NCBI GenBank assembly: GCA_963785725.1
Contig: CAWAWS010000036.1
Coordinates: 1 to 64,000, forward strand
Source of the DNA: an uncultured delta proteobacterium
GTDB taxonomy: Bacteria > Myxococcota_A > Polyangia > Palsa-1104
Length of the DNA: 64,000 bases
Reading direction: 5' to 3'
This document shows, in pieces, positions 1-12,707 of the stretch. The stretch's first letter is position 1, and the number at the start of each line of letters is the position of its first letter. Position numbers and translations under genes: made by a program. The notes under the pieces were generated by a model that was given only the letters and a program-made list of their open reading frames with translations, did not search any database and was not told where the DNA came from.

Positions 1-198
1 TTCCACGTTGACGGGCCGTTCGGCGAGCCGATGCAGGCACACGACGCGGCCCGCGCCTCCGCCGTGCGGCAAGAGCAGGATCGATAGGCGCGGCTTGGAA
101 TTCTGCAGCTGAGGAGCCGCCGCGCTCCGGCTTTCGCCGTCGCGCGCGCGGCACGCGGTCGTCAGCCGCCGCGATCGCGGCAGCCGCGCCCGGCTTCG

Positions 199-2699
<2,501 letters not shown>

Positions 2700-2824
2700 A
2701 GTTCGTAAATTGTAGCGCCGCTAAAGGTCAAAATCGAGGGCGCTACGGCATTAAGATCGGCGGCGCGAAAATAAATTACAGTCGACGACGCGGGGGAGGA
2801 GGAAGGCGCGATTGGGAATGGGGG

Positions 2825-2917
2825 GCGCGCTCCGACATCATGGTTGCGCGCTCAGACAGTCCTCGCCTTACAGGCTGCGGGAGACAACTCGCGCGCAACC
2901 ATGATGTCGGAGCGCGC
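2825..2917. repeat. perfect 27-bp inverted repeat with 39-nt spacer in the clpX-lon intergenic region
   Basis: GCGCGCTCCGACATCATGGTTGCGCGC (2825-2851) is the exact reverse complement of 2891-2917. Confidence 0.9.
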
Positions 2918-3177
2918 GCGGTTACGATCGCCTTGGTCACGACGGGCGTCGTCGACGGCGGAGATTCGCGGCGGATCTCGATATCTCCGCTTTGGTTGCG
3001 ATGGGCGCGTTGGCGTGGGCAACGTCTGGGATTCGCGGGTGCTTTGGTCGGGACGTGGCGTGGGCGCGTGGTGGTGCTGGTGCGCGCGACTAGGGCACGC
3101 GTTCGTGTCGCTGATTGTGACGGTGGCGGCGCGCGCGGTTGCTGCGGGGGATACGGGACGTGACCGGATGCGGCACG

Positions 3178-3208
3178 CACACGTCGGTCTGCGGAGAGCC
3201 GACGTGTG
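3178..3208 (-). terminator. hairpin downstream of clpX, possible terminator or mRNA stabiliser
   Basis: CACACGTCGG-N11-CCGACGTGTG 10-bp stem about 45 nt after the clpX stop; no U-tract. Confidence 0.35.
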
Positions 3209-3252
3209 GTGACTGTTGTCGAGGAGCGGCGTGGGCCGCGATGCGGGGCGGG

Positions 3253-4519
<1,267 letters not shown>

Positions 4520-4549
4520 TCGTCCTCTCGCTCGACCTCGACCGGCCTA

Positions 4550-5191
4550 CTACTTCTTCTCTTCCTTTTTCTTGACCAGCATCTCGTCGACGACGCCGTA
4601 CTCTTTGGCCTCGGCCGCCGACATGAAGAAGTCGCGCTCGGTGTCGTGCTTGATCTTGTTGATGTCGTGACCGGTGTGCTTGGCGAGCAGCTCATTCATC
4701 CGATCGCGCGTCTTCAAGATCTCTTTGGCGTGGATGTCGATGTCCGTCGCCTGACCTTGGAAGCCGCCGAGCGGCTGGTGCAACATGATGCGCGCGTTCG
4801 GCAGCGAGTAACGCTTGCCCTTGGTGCCGGCCGCGAGCAGCCACGCCGCCATCGAGGCCGCCTGCCCCATGCAGATGGTCGCGACGTCGCAGCGCACGTA
4901 TTGCATGGTGTCGTAGATCGCCATGCCCGCCGTCACCAACCCGCCCGGCGAGTTGATGTAGAGCATGATGTCCTTGTCCGGATCTTCGGACTCGAGGAAC
5001 AACATCTGCGCGACAATGATGTTGGCGATCTGATCGTCGACCGGCGTGCCCAAAAAGACGATGCGGTCCTTGAGCAGTCGCGAGAAGATATCCCACCCGC
5101 GCTCACCACGGTGGGTCTGCTCGATGACGGTCGGGATGATGAAGTCCGTCATGCCGAGGGCGCCCTTCTTGTCACGGTCACGGTCAAACAT
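4550..5191 (-). CDS. clpP: Clp protease proteolytic subunit (alternative start at 5152)
   Basis: [40 protein letters not shown] (catalytic Ser), [13 protein letters not shown]. Confidence 0.97.
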   Translation of the reverse strand: MFDRDRDKKGALGMTDFIIPTVIEQTHRGERGWDIFSRLLKDRIVFLGTPVDDQIANIIVAQMLFLESEDPDKDIMLYINSPGGLVTAGMAIYDTMQYVRCDVATICMGQAASMAAWLLAAGTKGKRYSLPNARIMLHQPLGGFQGQATDIDIHAKEILKTRDRMNELLAKHTGHDINKIKHDTERDFFMSAAEAKEYGVVDEMLVKKKEEKK

Positions 5192-5194
5192 GGG

Positions 5195-6526
5195 TCATTT
5201 CTCCGACGAGGAGGGGACTTCTTGAGCCTTCTCATTGATCTTTGCCCGGCTCAAGAGCAAGTCAAGGGTTTTCTCCTCGCGAAGTTGGTGCTTCAACGAG
5301 TCGAGACGCCCCTCTTTCTGTAGCTCCGCCTTCAAGCGCGGCACTGATTTATCGCGGCTCGCTGCCATCTCGGCCAAGCGCTTCTCCATGTCCGCGTCGG
5401 AGACTTCGACCTTCTCCTTCTCGGCGATGGCATCGATCAAGAACGCCGCGCGCACTTCGTCGTTCGCGCTCTCGCGCAGCTCGTCGCGCACGCGCTGCTC
5501 GTCGACGCCCGCGGTGCGGTAGTCGATGCCGCGCATGGCCATGCCGAGCCGCGTGCGCTGGACCATGGCATCTAATTGACGCTCGACGAGCGCCGGCGCA
5601 ACCACGAATGAGTTGCGCTTGAGCAGCTCCTTGACCAAATCGCCCTTGAGCTCCTCTTTGGCCTGCTTCTCGTCTTCGCCGAGCAGACGCACGCGCGTCT
5701 TTTCCTTCAGGTCGACGAGCGTGTCGGCTTCGCCCGTGTCCTTGGCGAATTCGTCGTCGAGCGCCGGCATGACCTTCTCGCGCGCTTCCTTGATCGAGAT
5801 CTTGAGCGCCGCTTTGGCGCCTGCAAGCTCGGCCGCGGGCGCATTGCCCTCGCCTTCCGCCTTCGCCGGCAGGACGAAGGTCACCTCGTGCTGCTGCGCG
5901 GTGAGCGGCACGCCGACGAGCGCCGCCGCCAAGCCCGGGATCGGCTCGCGCGCGACTTCGCCGAGATCGATCATCATCGCTTCCTTGTCGAACTTGCGCT
6001 CCCCGATGACGCCGGTGATGTCGACGACGGCGACGTCGTTCGCTTGCAGCGCGGTGCGACCTTCGATCGTCTTGAACTCGGTCAGCTCCTGACGCTTACG
6101 CTCGAGCGCGGCGATGACGTCCTCGTCCGTCGCCTTGGCGGCGCGCTGGCCGAGCACGATGCCTTCGTACTCCTTCGGCTCGACGATCGAACGGACTTCG
6201 ACGCGCGCCGAATAATGGAACGGTTGGCCCTTGTGCAAGTGCGCGTCGTCGACGACCGGCTCGGCCACCGGCTGAATGTCGTGCTGGTTGGCAGCGGTGA
6301 TGAAGCTCTCTTGCACCAGCGTTTTGATGACCTCTTGCTCGACCTGACGGCCGAACATCTTCTCCAGCATCGGGCGCGGAACCTTGCCTTTGCGGAAGCC
6401 TTTGAGCGCGACGCCGCGCGACAAATCTTTGTAGGCCTCGTCGAGCTTTTGACTGACGTACGGCCACGGAATCTCGACGGCCACTTTCTTCTCGACCGGA
6501 GAGAGCTCAGACACAGTGACTTGCAT
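5195..6526 (-). CDS. tig: trigger factor
   Basis: GFRKGKVP signature, LDDEFAK, first gene of tig-clpP-clpX-lon, GAGGA SD upstream of ATG 6526. Confidence 0.95.
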   Translation of the reverse strand: MQVTVSELSPVEKKVAVEIPWPYVSQKLDEAYKDLSRGVALKGFRKGKVPRPMLEKMFGRQVEQEVIKTLVQESFITAANQHDIQPVAEPVVDDAHLHKGQPFHYSARVEVRSIVEPKEYEGIVLGQRAAKATDEDVIAALERKRQELTEFKTIEGRTALQANDVAVVDITGVIGERKFDKEAMMIDLGEVAREPIPGLAAALVGVPLTAQQHEVTFVLPAKAEGEGNAPAAELAGAKAALKISIKEAREKVMPALDDEFAKDTGEADTLVDLKEKTRVRLLGEDEKQAKEELKGDLVKELLKRNSFVVAPALVERQLDAMVQRTRLGMAMRGIDYRTAGVDEQRVRDELRESANDEVRAAFLIDAIAEKEKVEVSDADMEKRLAEMAASRDKSVPRLKAELQKEGRLDSLKHQLREEKTLDLLLSRAKINEKAQEVPSSSEK

Positions 6527-6588
6527 GGGGTCCTCTAGGTGAAGGAGGTTTTCTTGCATGCGTCCACCGATCAGTCAAGGATCGCCGG

Positions 6589-7101
6589 ATGGCCCACCAC
6601 ACGCATGGCACCGGTGAGTTCACTCGCGCCCAGCTGCGCAGCTGCCCCGATTCTGTGGTCTTCGAGCCGGGCGCGCTCGTCTTTCACCCGGAGAATGTGA
6701 CGCTCGGCGAGAACGTCTACGTCGGCCACTACGCGATCTTGAAGGGCTACTACCGCAACGAGCTCACGATCGAAGCGGGCACGTGGATCGGTCAGATGGC
6801 CTTCCTGCACGCCGCCGGCGGCATTCGCATCGGCGCCGACGTCGGCATCGGCCCCAAAGTCTCGATCCTCACGTCGACGCACGAAGATCCGGGGCGCGAT
6901 CGGCCGATCATGTCGGGCACGATCACGACGCGCCCGGTGGTCCTCGAAGACGGCTGCGACCTCGGCGTCGGCTGCATCATCCTGCCCGGCGTCACCGTCG
7001 GGCGCGGCGCGCAAGTCGGCGCCGGCGCCGTCGTCACCGCAGACGTGCCCGCCTACGCCGTCGTCACCGGCAACCCCGCCCGCGTCCTGCGCGTCCGCTG
7101 A
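6589..7101 (+). CDS. hexapeptide-repeat (left-handed beta-helix) acyltransferase
   Basis: IRIGADVGIGPKVSI, ILPGVTVGRGAQVGAGAVVTADVP, GNPARV. Confidence 0.9.
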   Translation: MAHHTHGTGEFTRAQLRSCPDSVVFEPGALVFHPENVTLGENVYVGHYAILKGYYRNELTIEAGTWIGQMAFLHAAGGIRIGADVGIGPKVSILTSTHEDPGRDRPIMSGTITTRPVVLEDGCDLGVGCIILPGVTVGRGAQVGAGAVVTADVPAYAVVTGNPARVLRVR

Positions 7102-7122
7102 ACGGCGGGCGCGGCCGCGGGC

Positions 7123-7677
7123 TCACGTTCCGCCGTCGACCGCCACCGTGCACGTCGAGCCGCTCACCGTCGCCGGCTCGTCCTCGAGCGCGCCGCGATT
7201 GATCCAATCCTGAATCGCCTGAATGTCGTTCGCCGGCAGCGCCGGGCTGCCGCTCGGCATGCGCGCGCCATAGTCCGTATCCGGGTCGAGATCGTGCGCC
7301 AGCGTCAGCTTCGTCACGAGGAAGCTGTCGGTGGCGTCGCACGGCTTGACGCGCAAGAGGCCCGCCGCCGCCGCCTTGGCGTTGACGGCCGGCTGACCGA
7401 CGAGCTGCGCGAACGCGACCATCCCCGCGCCCGTCGCGTCGTCCTGCAGGTTCAGCTTGTTCGACGTGCGCGCGCCCGTCGTCGAGTGGCACGTGCTGAA
7501 CGTACAGGTCGGCTGCAAGATCTCCTTGTTGATGCCGGCGAAGTTCGTCGGAGCAGGCGCGGCGCCGGTCATGTCGGCGCCGCTGCCGCCATCGAGCACT
7601 TCCGCTTTACTGCCGCCGCAGCCGAGCAGCGACACGGCGAGACTTAGGCTTAGGATTCGGATCATCATCTGGCGCAT
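7123..7677 (-). CDS. lipoprotein, possibly cytochrome c-like (CxxxxCH)
   Basis: Lipobox SLLGC; CTFSTCH, RMP and IQDWINRGA motifs. Confidence 0.65.
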   Translation of the reverse strand: MRQMMIRILSLSLAVSLLGCGGSKAEVLDGGSGADMTGAAPAPTNFAGINKEILQPTCTFSTCHSTTGARTSNKLNLQDDATGAGMVAFAQLVGQPAVNAKAAAAGLLRVKPCDATDSFLVTKLTLAHDLDPDTDYGARMPSGSPALPANDIQAIQDWINRGALEDEPATVSGSTCTVAVDGGT

Positions 7678-7981
7678 GTAGCGAATTAGTTGTCGCGGCG
7701 CAAGCGATCAGGGCCAACTTCTGCGCCCGCGACAGTCGTTTGCAGGCGGCTTCGCGGCTCAGCGCCGCCCCCTTCGTCGCTGCGCGCTCGACGTGGGCCA
7801 GCTCGACCGGCAGCCGCCCGCGCGTGTATTTGACCCGCCCGCGACCATGGGCCAACAGCCGTCGCGCGAGGTCGTTCGTCATGCCGCAATAGAGCGTGCC
7901 GTCGGCGCAGCGCAAGAGATAGACGCGCCAGCCTTCGTCCTTCTCGGCAAGCTCGCGAGGGTGCTCGATTCGTTGCCGCAT
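7607..7981 (-). CDS. GIY-YIG nuclease family protein (UPF0213/YhbQ-like)
   Basis: VYLLRCADGTLYCGMTNDLARRL, KYTRGRLPVEL, ALSREAACKRLSRAQK. Confidence 0.85.
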   Translation of the reverse strand: MRQRIEHPRELAEKDEGWRVYLLRCADGTLYCGMTNDLARRLLAHGRGRVKYTRGRLPVELAHVERAATKGAALSREAACKRLSRAQKLALIACAATTNSLHAPDDDPNPKPKSRRVAARLRRQ

Positions 7982-8023
7982 TGACCTTTTCCGAACGGCG
8001 ATGTTAGCGTGGCCGCCGTTATC

Positions 8024-8401
8024 ATGCGAATCGACACTGAGCGGAAGCTGTTCGTCTGCCTGCGGATAGACAACAAGATGCGCGATCAGCTGGCGCAGGC
8101 GCCGGCGCGCGACAAGGTCTACTTCGACGGCTCCGACCCGCGCTACCTCATCACCATTCGCACCGTCGAGGACAACTTCATCGGCAAGGTGATCGACGGC
8201 GGCACGCCTGCGGCCTCGATGGACGACCTGAAGCGCAACTTGCTGAGCATCCTCACGCGCGTCGCGCCCGGCCGCCATCGCGAGGACGCCGTCAAAGTGT
8301 TCGCGCTCGACGACGGCGAGCCGCCGCCCGCGCCGCGCAAGAGCGGCGATGAGGACGAGGACGCGGACGTCGTCGCGGCCCCGCGCACCAGTTACTACTA
8401 G
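8024..8401 (+). CDS. hypothetical protein
   Basis: Protein-like composition and GC-rich third positions ([18 protein letters not shown]...); fills the gap before the tRNAs. Confidence 0.7.
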   Translation: MRIDTERKLFVCLRIDNKMRDQLAQAPARDKVYFDGSDPRYLITIRTVEDNFIGKVIDGGTPAASMDDLKRNLLSILTRVAPGRHREDAVKVFALDDGEPPPAPRKSGDEDEDADVVAAPRTSYY

Positions 8402-8461
8402 CCCACTGCTCTTTTTCCTTGCGTCGGCCTTCCAAATTGTTTACTGGATTCAGCGTTTCGA

Positions 8462-8535
8462 GCGCCCGTAGCTCAATTGGATAGAGCATCGGACTTCGAA
8501 TCCGCAGGTCGGGCGTTCGAGTCGCCCCGGGCGCA
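8462..8535 (+). tRNA. tRNA-Arg (anticodon TCG), CCA not encoded
   Basis: GCGCCCG/CGGGCGC acceptor stem, D-arm TAGCTCAATTGGATAGAGC, anticodon loop CT-TCG-AA, T-arm GGGCGTTCGAGTCGCCC. Confidence 0.93.
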
Positions 8536-8556
8536 CCCGACAGCGTTTGAAAATCT

Positions 8557-8629
8557 GGGCCCATAGCTCAATTGGTAGAGCAGCGGACTCTTAATCCGTT
8601 TGTTGAAGGTTCAAGTCCTTCTGGGCTCA
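8557..8629 (+). tRNA. tRNA-Lys (anticodon CTT), CCA not encoded
   Basis: GGGCCCA/TGGGCTC acceptor stem, anticodon loop CT-CTT-AA, T-arm GAAGGTTCAAGTCCTTC. Confidence 0.95.
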
Positions 8630-8721
8630 CTACCGTAACTCACCGCCGCCCGTCACGTTTCGTCTCCCCTAGCGTTCGCTTCGACGGTCGGTTCGTGGCT
8701 CGCGCCGCGAGCCGACGGCCG

Positions 8722-9231
8722 TCACCACTTGCCGGGCGCGAGCGCGGCGCGAAAGTCGGCGCCGATCGGCCGGTACGCCAGCGTCGCCGGGTTCACGAGC
8801 TGATTGAAGTCGGCGGCGAAGCTGACCTCACGCCCATCGTCGCCGATGAACACGACGAGCAGGCGGTAGTCGCCGAGCCGTGACGGCGGCGTCGGGCCCG
8901 CGTGCAAGGACTCGGGCTGCAAGCGGCGCCAGAGATCGTCGAGCCGGCGCCAGTCGTGCACCACTTCTTGGCGCAGGACCGGATCGCGCAGGCTCGCGAG
9001 CGGAATCGCGACCGCCGTCCTGACGTCCCAAGGCACGAAGTAAATCTCCGCGGCCACGAAGCCTTGCTCGCTCGCGGTCGGCAGCCGCTGCGGTACCGGC
9101 AAGATCGTCGTGATCGCGCCGTCGTCGCGGCCGATGCGCGCGGCGCACAAGGGAATGGCGATGAGGCAAGCGACGAGCGCGGCGCTGATTAGCGGTTTCG
9201 ACCAGCTCTGATGAACGATGGCGATTCTCAT
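8722..9231 (-). CDS. hypothetical membrane-anchored or secreted protein
   Basis: Hydrophobic N-terminal segment LISAALVACLIAIPLCAA followed by globular-looking sequence. Confidence 0.55.
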   Translation of the reverse strand: MRIAIVHQSWSKPLISAALVACLIAIPLCAARIGRDDGAITTILPVPQRLPTASEQGFVAAEIYFVPWDVRTAVAIPLASLRDPVLRQEVVHDWRRLDDLWRRLQPESLHAGPTPPSRLGDYRLLVVFIGDDGREVSFAADFNQLVNPATLAYRPIGADFRAALAPGKW

Positions 9232-9423
9232 GAGGCGGTCGAACGCGCCGCGGCCGCCAAACGGTCTCGATCGCGAGATCGTCGCCGATCGACCGCACAA
9301 GAACCGGCCGGCGCGACGTTAGCAGCGTAGTGGCCGCCACATTTCGGCCCAAAATCCTGTCGTCTACGTCACCTTCCTGACAGATGCAAACGCTCTAGCG
9401 TGAGTAATCTGGGAGCGCTGCTC

Positions 9424-10782
9424 ATGATCCGCGCTGTCTCATTTTTGCTCGCTTTGGCTGCCATCGGCTGTTCCAGCTCGACGACCTTGACGGTCACGCT
9501 GCTCTCCAGCTCCAACCTCGGCGTCGCCTCGATGACGGCGCAGATCGACGCCGTCGACGCCATCAGCAGCCGCACGACGCTCGACCAGAGCATTCCCTTC
9601 AGCGGCGCCGGCCTCGTGCTGCCGCAGCGCTTCACGGTGACGCTGCCGCCGCAGCAAGCCTTCGTGACGGTGTCGGTGACGGGCAAGTCGTCGACCGATT
9701 CGGACATCGACGCCAGCGAGATGACGTTGAGCGTGCCCCATCAGAACGTCGAGCTCAGCTTCTATCTCGACGGCGCGCCCGGCAGCGATCCGTCGTCGCC
9801 GCTGCCGCCGCAAACCAATGATGGCGGCGCGCCGCTCGACATGACCGCGAGCATCACCGACGGCGGCACGACCGACGGCGGCACGACGACCGGCGGCGCG
9901 CCCGACCTCGGCGGCTGCGGCGTGTGCGCGTCGCCGTCGATCTGCTGCGGCACGACCTGCGTCGATCCGACGCGCGACGCCAACAACTGCGGCGTGTGCG
10001 GCTTCATTTGCGCCAGCGGCGTGTGCGGCCAATCGGTCGTCGCCAGCATGACGACCGGCGCCGCGCCCGCCAATTGGCACTTCAACACGCGACCGGGCTC
10101 GTCGGGCGGCGCCTTCTACGACACCAGCGTCGACCTCGCCGTCCTCACCAACGACGTCACCGGCCAGACGGCGACGATCTTGTACGACCACCCCATCGCC
10201 ACCGACAGCTTCGACGCCACCTTCGACTTCCGCATCAGCGTCTCCAGCTTTCCCTACGCCGACGGCATGGCCTTCGTGCTCATCAAGAACAACAGCGCCG
10301 TCGCCAATATCGACACGTCGGTCGGCTTCGGCGGCGGCGGCCTCGGCATGCTCGCGCCCAGCCCGCAGAATTCGAACGCCCTCTTGAGCGGCTACGGCGT
10401 CGAGCTCGACACCTACGACAACGACAACCCGAACGGCGCCTGCGGCGAAAACATCGACGGCGATCACGTGAACATCGACTCGCTCGCCAGCTGCGCCACC
10501 GCCAGCAACGGCAACCTGCCGACGCCGCTGTCGCAAGCGCAGGCGTTCCAGCTCGCCGACGGGCTGTGGCACACGCTCGGCTTGCACTTCGCGGGCGGGC
10601 AGCTCTCGGTCTCGATCACGACGAACGGCACGGCGCAGACGCTCTTCACCAACGTGCCGCTCACCGGCTTCGTCTCGGGCGACAGCTACTTCTACGGCTT
10701 CTCCGGCGCCACCGGCGGCTTCAGCGAGCGCGCCGAGGTCCGCAACGTCGCCGTCAAGTTCCCCACGCCGCGCTGCTTGTGA
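9424..10782 (+). CDS. lipoprotein with Cys-rich repeat and C-terminal legume-type (L-type) lectin domain
   Basis: Lipobox AAIGC; CCGTTCVDPTRDANNCGVCG; lectin motifs ADGMAFVL, GVELDTYDN, YGFSGATGG. Confidence 0.85.
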   Translation: MIRAVSFLLALAAIGCSSSTTLTVTLLSSSNLGVASMTAQIDAVDAISSRTTLDQSIPFSGAGLVLPQRFTVTLPPQQAFVTVSVTGKSSTDSDIDASEMTLSVPHQNVELSFYLDGAPGSDPSSPLPPQTNDGGAPLDMTASITDGGTTDGGTTTGGAPDLGGCGVCASPSICCGTTCVDPTRDANNCGVCGFICASGVCGQSVVASMTTGAAPANWHFNTRPGSSGGAFYDTSVDLAVLTNDVTGQTATILYDHPIATDSFDATFDFRISVSSFPYADGMAFVLIKNNSAVANIDTSVGFGGGGLGMLAPSPQNSNALLSGYGVELDTYDNDNPNGACGENIDGDHVNIDSLASCATASNGNLPTPLSQAQAFQLADGLWHTLGLHFAGGQLSVSITTNGTAQTLFTNVPLTGFVSGDSYFYGFSGATGGFSERAEVRNVAVKFPTPRCL

Positions 10783-10801
10783 CGCCTAACTAATCCGTCG
10801 T

Positions 10802-10860
10802 GATTCCCGGCCGGCGCACAAAGCGCGCGTCGGCGGGGAGCCAGCGTCCTCGCCGATTCA
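10802..10860 (-). repeat. copy A of a ~60-bp dispersed repeat
   Basis: Manual alignment with 38593-38652 gives 44/60 identities, including a perfect GCCGACGCGCGCTTTG core. Confidence 0.65.
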
Positions 10861-11232
10861 GCGCGCCAACGACTGACGCGCGTCGGTCAGCGCCAGGTTG
10901 ACGGCGTCGACGAGCGCATCGACGTCGAACGGCTTGCGCAAGATGGCGCTGCAGCCGGCCGGTATCTCGCCGCGGCCGGCCGTCGAGCACACGACGCCGA
11001 TGCCGCGCAGCGCCGGATCGTCGGCGATGGTGCGCACGAGGTGCCAGCCGTCGATGCGCGGCATGACGAGATCGACCACCGCCACGCAAGGCCGCGGCGC
11101 GCCCGCCAACACGCCGAGCGCATCGGCGCCGTCGCACGCGGAGAGGACGGCGAAGCCCTCGAGCGCGAGGAGATCGAGCATGGCCTCGCGGATCGCCTCG
11201 TCGTCATCGACCACAACGACCGTCTCCGGCAC
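10858..11232 (-). CDS. single-domain response regulator (receiver)
   Basis: VVVVDDD, VVDLVMPRIDGW (phospho-Asp), STA, LRKPFD; GTG start inferred. Confidence 0.9.
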   Translation of the reverse strand: MPETVVVVDDDEAIREAMLDLLALEGFAVLSACDGADALGVLAGAPRPCVAVVDLVMPRIDGWHLVRTIADDPALRGIGVVCSTAGRGEIPAGCSAILRKPFDVDALVDAVNLALTDARQSLAR

Positions 11233-11326
11233 GCGGGCAGCATGACAGAAGCGCCCGGGTCTCACAAAGGCAAATGTCTGACATTCGGATACGGTCGAGA
11301 CCTGACGACACGCGTGGCATACTGCG

Positions 11327-12217
11327 ATGATGGAGCTGGAAGCCGAGGCGCAGTCGTTCTTCGAGTCTCTACAGTCGCGAATCTGTGACGCGCTCGACGC
11401 CGAGGATGGGCAGGCGCGCTTCATCCGCGACGCCTGGCAGCGCGCCGGCGGCGGCGGCGGCCTGACGCGCGTCATCAGCGGCGGCGCCGTGTTCGAGAAG
11501 GGCGGCGTCAACACGTCGGCCGTGCACGGGCAGCTCAAGCCCGACTTCGCGGCGACCTTGCCGGGCGATGGGCTCGACTTCTTCGCCACCGGCATTTCGC
11601 TCGTGTTGCATCCGCAAAATCCGCGCGTGCCGACGGTGCACGCGAACTTCCGCTGTCTGCGTCGCGGCAGCGCGCGCTGGTTCGGCGGCGGCGCCGATCT
11701 GACGCCGTATTATCCCGTGCGCGAGGACGTCGTGCACTTTCATCGGACGTGGAAGACGGCCTGCGATCGCCACGACGCCGCCTATTACCCGAAGTTCAAG
11801 CAGTGGTGCGACGACTACTTCTACCTGCCGCATCGCCACGAGACGCGCGGCGTGGGCGGCATCTTCTTCGATCAGCTGCACGCCGACGAGACGCGCGATT
11901 TTGCCTTCGTCAAAGACGCAGCCGAGTCGTTCTTGACGGCGTATCTCCCGATCGTGCAGCGCCGTCGTCATGACGCGTTCGGCGATCGCGAGCGGCAGTT
12001 TCAGCTGCTGCGAAGAGGCCGCTACGTCGAGTTCAACCTGCTCCACGACCGCGGCACCGTCTTCGGGCTGAAGACCGATGGTCGCGTCGAGTCGATCCTC
12101 ATGTCGCTGCCGCCGCTGGCGCGCTGGGAATACGACGCGCAGTTCGAGCCCGGCACGCCCGAGGCCGATCTCGTCAATTGGCTGAAGCCGACCGATTGGC
12201 TGAACGAAACCAGCTAG
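11327..12217 (+). CDS. hemF: oxygen-dependent coproporphyrinogen III oxidase
   Basis: FEKGGVN, HPQNPRVPTVHANFR, WFGGGADLTP, RGVGGIFFD, RRGRYVEFNL, ESILMSLPP. Confidence 0.97.
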   Translation: MMELEAEAQSFFESLQSRICDALDAEDGQARFIRDAWQRAGGGGGLTRVISGGAVFEKGGVNTSAVHGQLKPDFAATLPGDGLDFFATGISLVLHPQNPRVPTVHANFRCLRRGSARWFGGGADLTPYYPVREDVVHFHRTWKTACDRHDAAYYPKFKQWCDDYFYLPHRHETRGVGGIFFDQLHADETRDFAFVKDAAESFLTAYLPIVQRRRHDAFGDRERQFQLLRRGRYVEFNLLHDRGTVFGLKTDGRVESILMSLPPLARWEYDAQFEPGTPEADLVNWLKPTDWLNETS

Positions 12218-12591
12218 CGGTTGCGCTTGGCGAGCGCGCGCTCGACTTCGCCGCGCATCGTGCCCGACAAGATCTTGCCGTACATGATCCAGTCGCCGAT
12301 GAACGAATAGATCGGATAGCGAAACGTGGCCGGCTTGTTGTGCTCGAAGCCGAAGTGACCGAGCCAGGCGAAGCTGTAGCCGGCGATGGGCGCGCCGGCG
12401 AGCAGCCACGGCCGACCGGTGACGACGGCGGCGGCGACCAGCGCCAGCACGATCGTCGAGCCGACGAAATGGAGCGCCCGCGTGACCGGCCGCGAATGCT
12501 CGCAAACGTAGAACGGCCAGAACTGACGGAACGACGTCATGCGCACGTCCGGCGTATCGATCGGCCGCTCGCCCGTGATTTCCGACGCCAT
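12214..12591 (-). CDS. DUF962 / Mpo1-like membrane protein
   Basis: FWPFYVCEH, RALHFVG, AWLGHFGFEHNKPATFRYP. Confidence 0.9.
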   Translation of the reverse strand: MASEITGERPIDTPDVRMTSFRQFWPFYVCEHSRPVTRALHFVGSTIVLALVAAAVVTGRPWLLAGAPIAGYSFAWLGHFGFEHNKPATFRYPIYSFIGDWIMYGKILSGTMRGEVERALAKRNR

Positions 12592-12707
12592 GGAAGAATT
12601 CTAACACAGCATTTTCGCTAGCCCGTTTGGACGTAGTTTACGTGGGGTCGACCACGTCTCGACCACATGTAGATGAAGGCGCTGATGTCGCACCCGGCAC
12701 GTTTTCC

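Noticed and set aside
2776..3180. Protein-coding ORFs in the clpX-lon spacer
   Set aside because: No codon bias, SD or recognisable motif; the region is dominated by inverted repeats
7607..7981. GIY-YIG protein as a homing endonuclease or mobile element
   Set aside because: Short stand-alone UPF0213-type domain with no intron context or DNA-binding extension
8462..10800. Genomic island integrated at the tRNA pair
   Set aside because: No integrase, no duplicated tRNA 3' end seen, and no obvious composition shift
11273..11285. AATGTC-T-GACATT palindrome upstream of hemF as an FNR/Fur site
   Set aside because: Does not match those consensus sequences and is short enough to arise by chance
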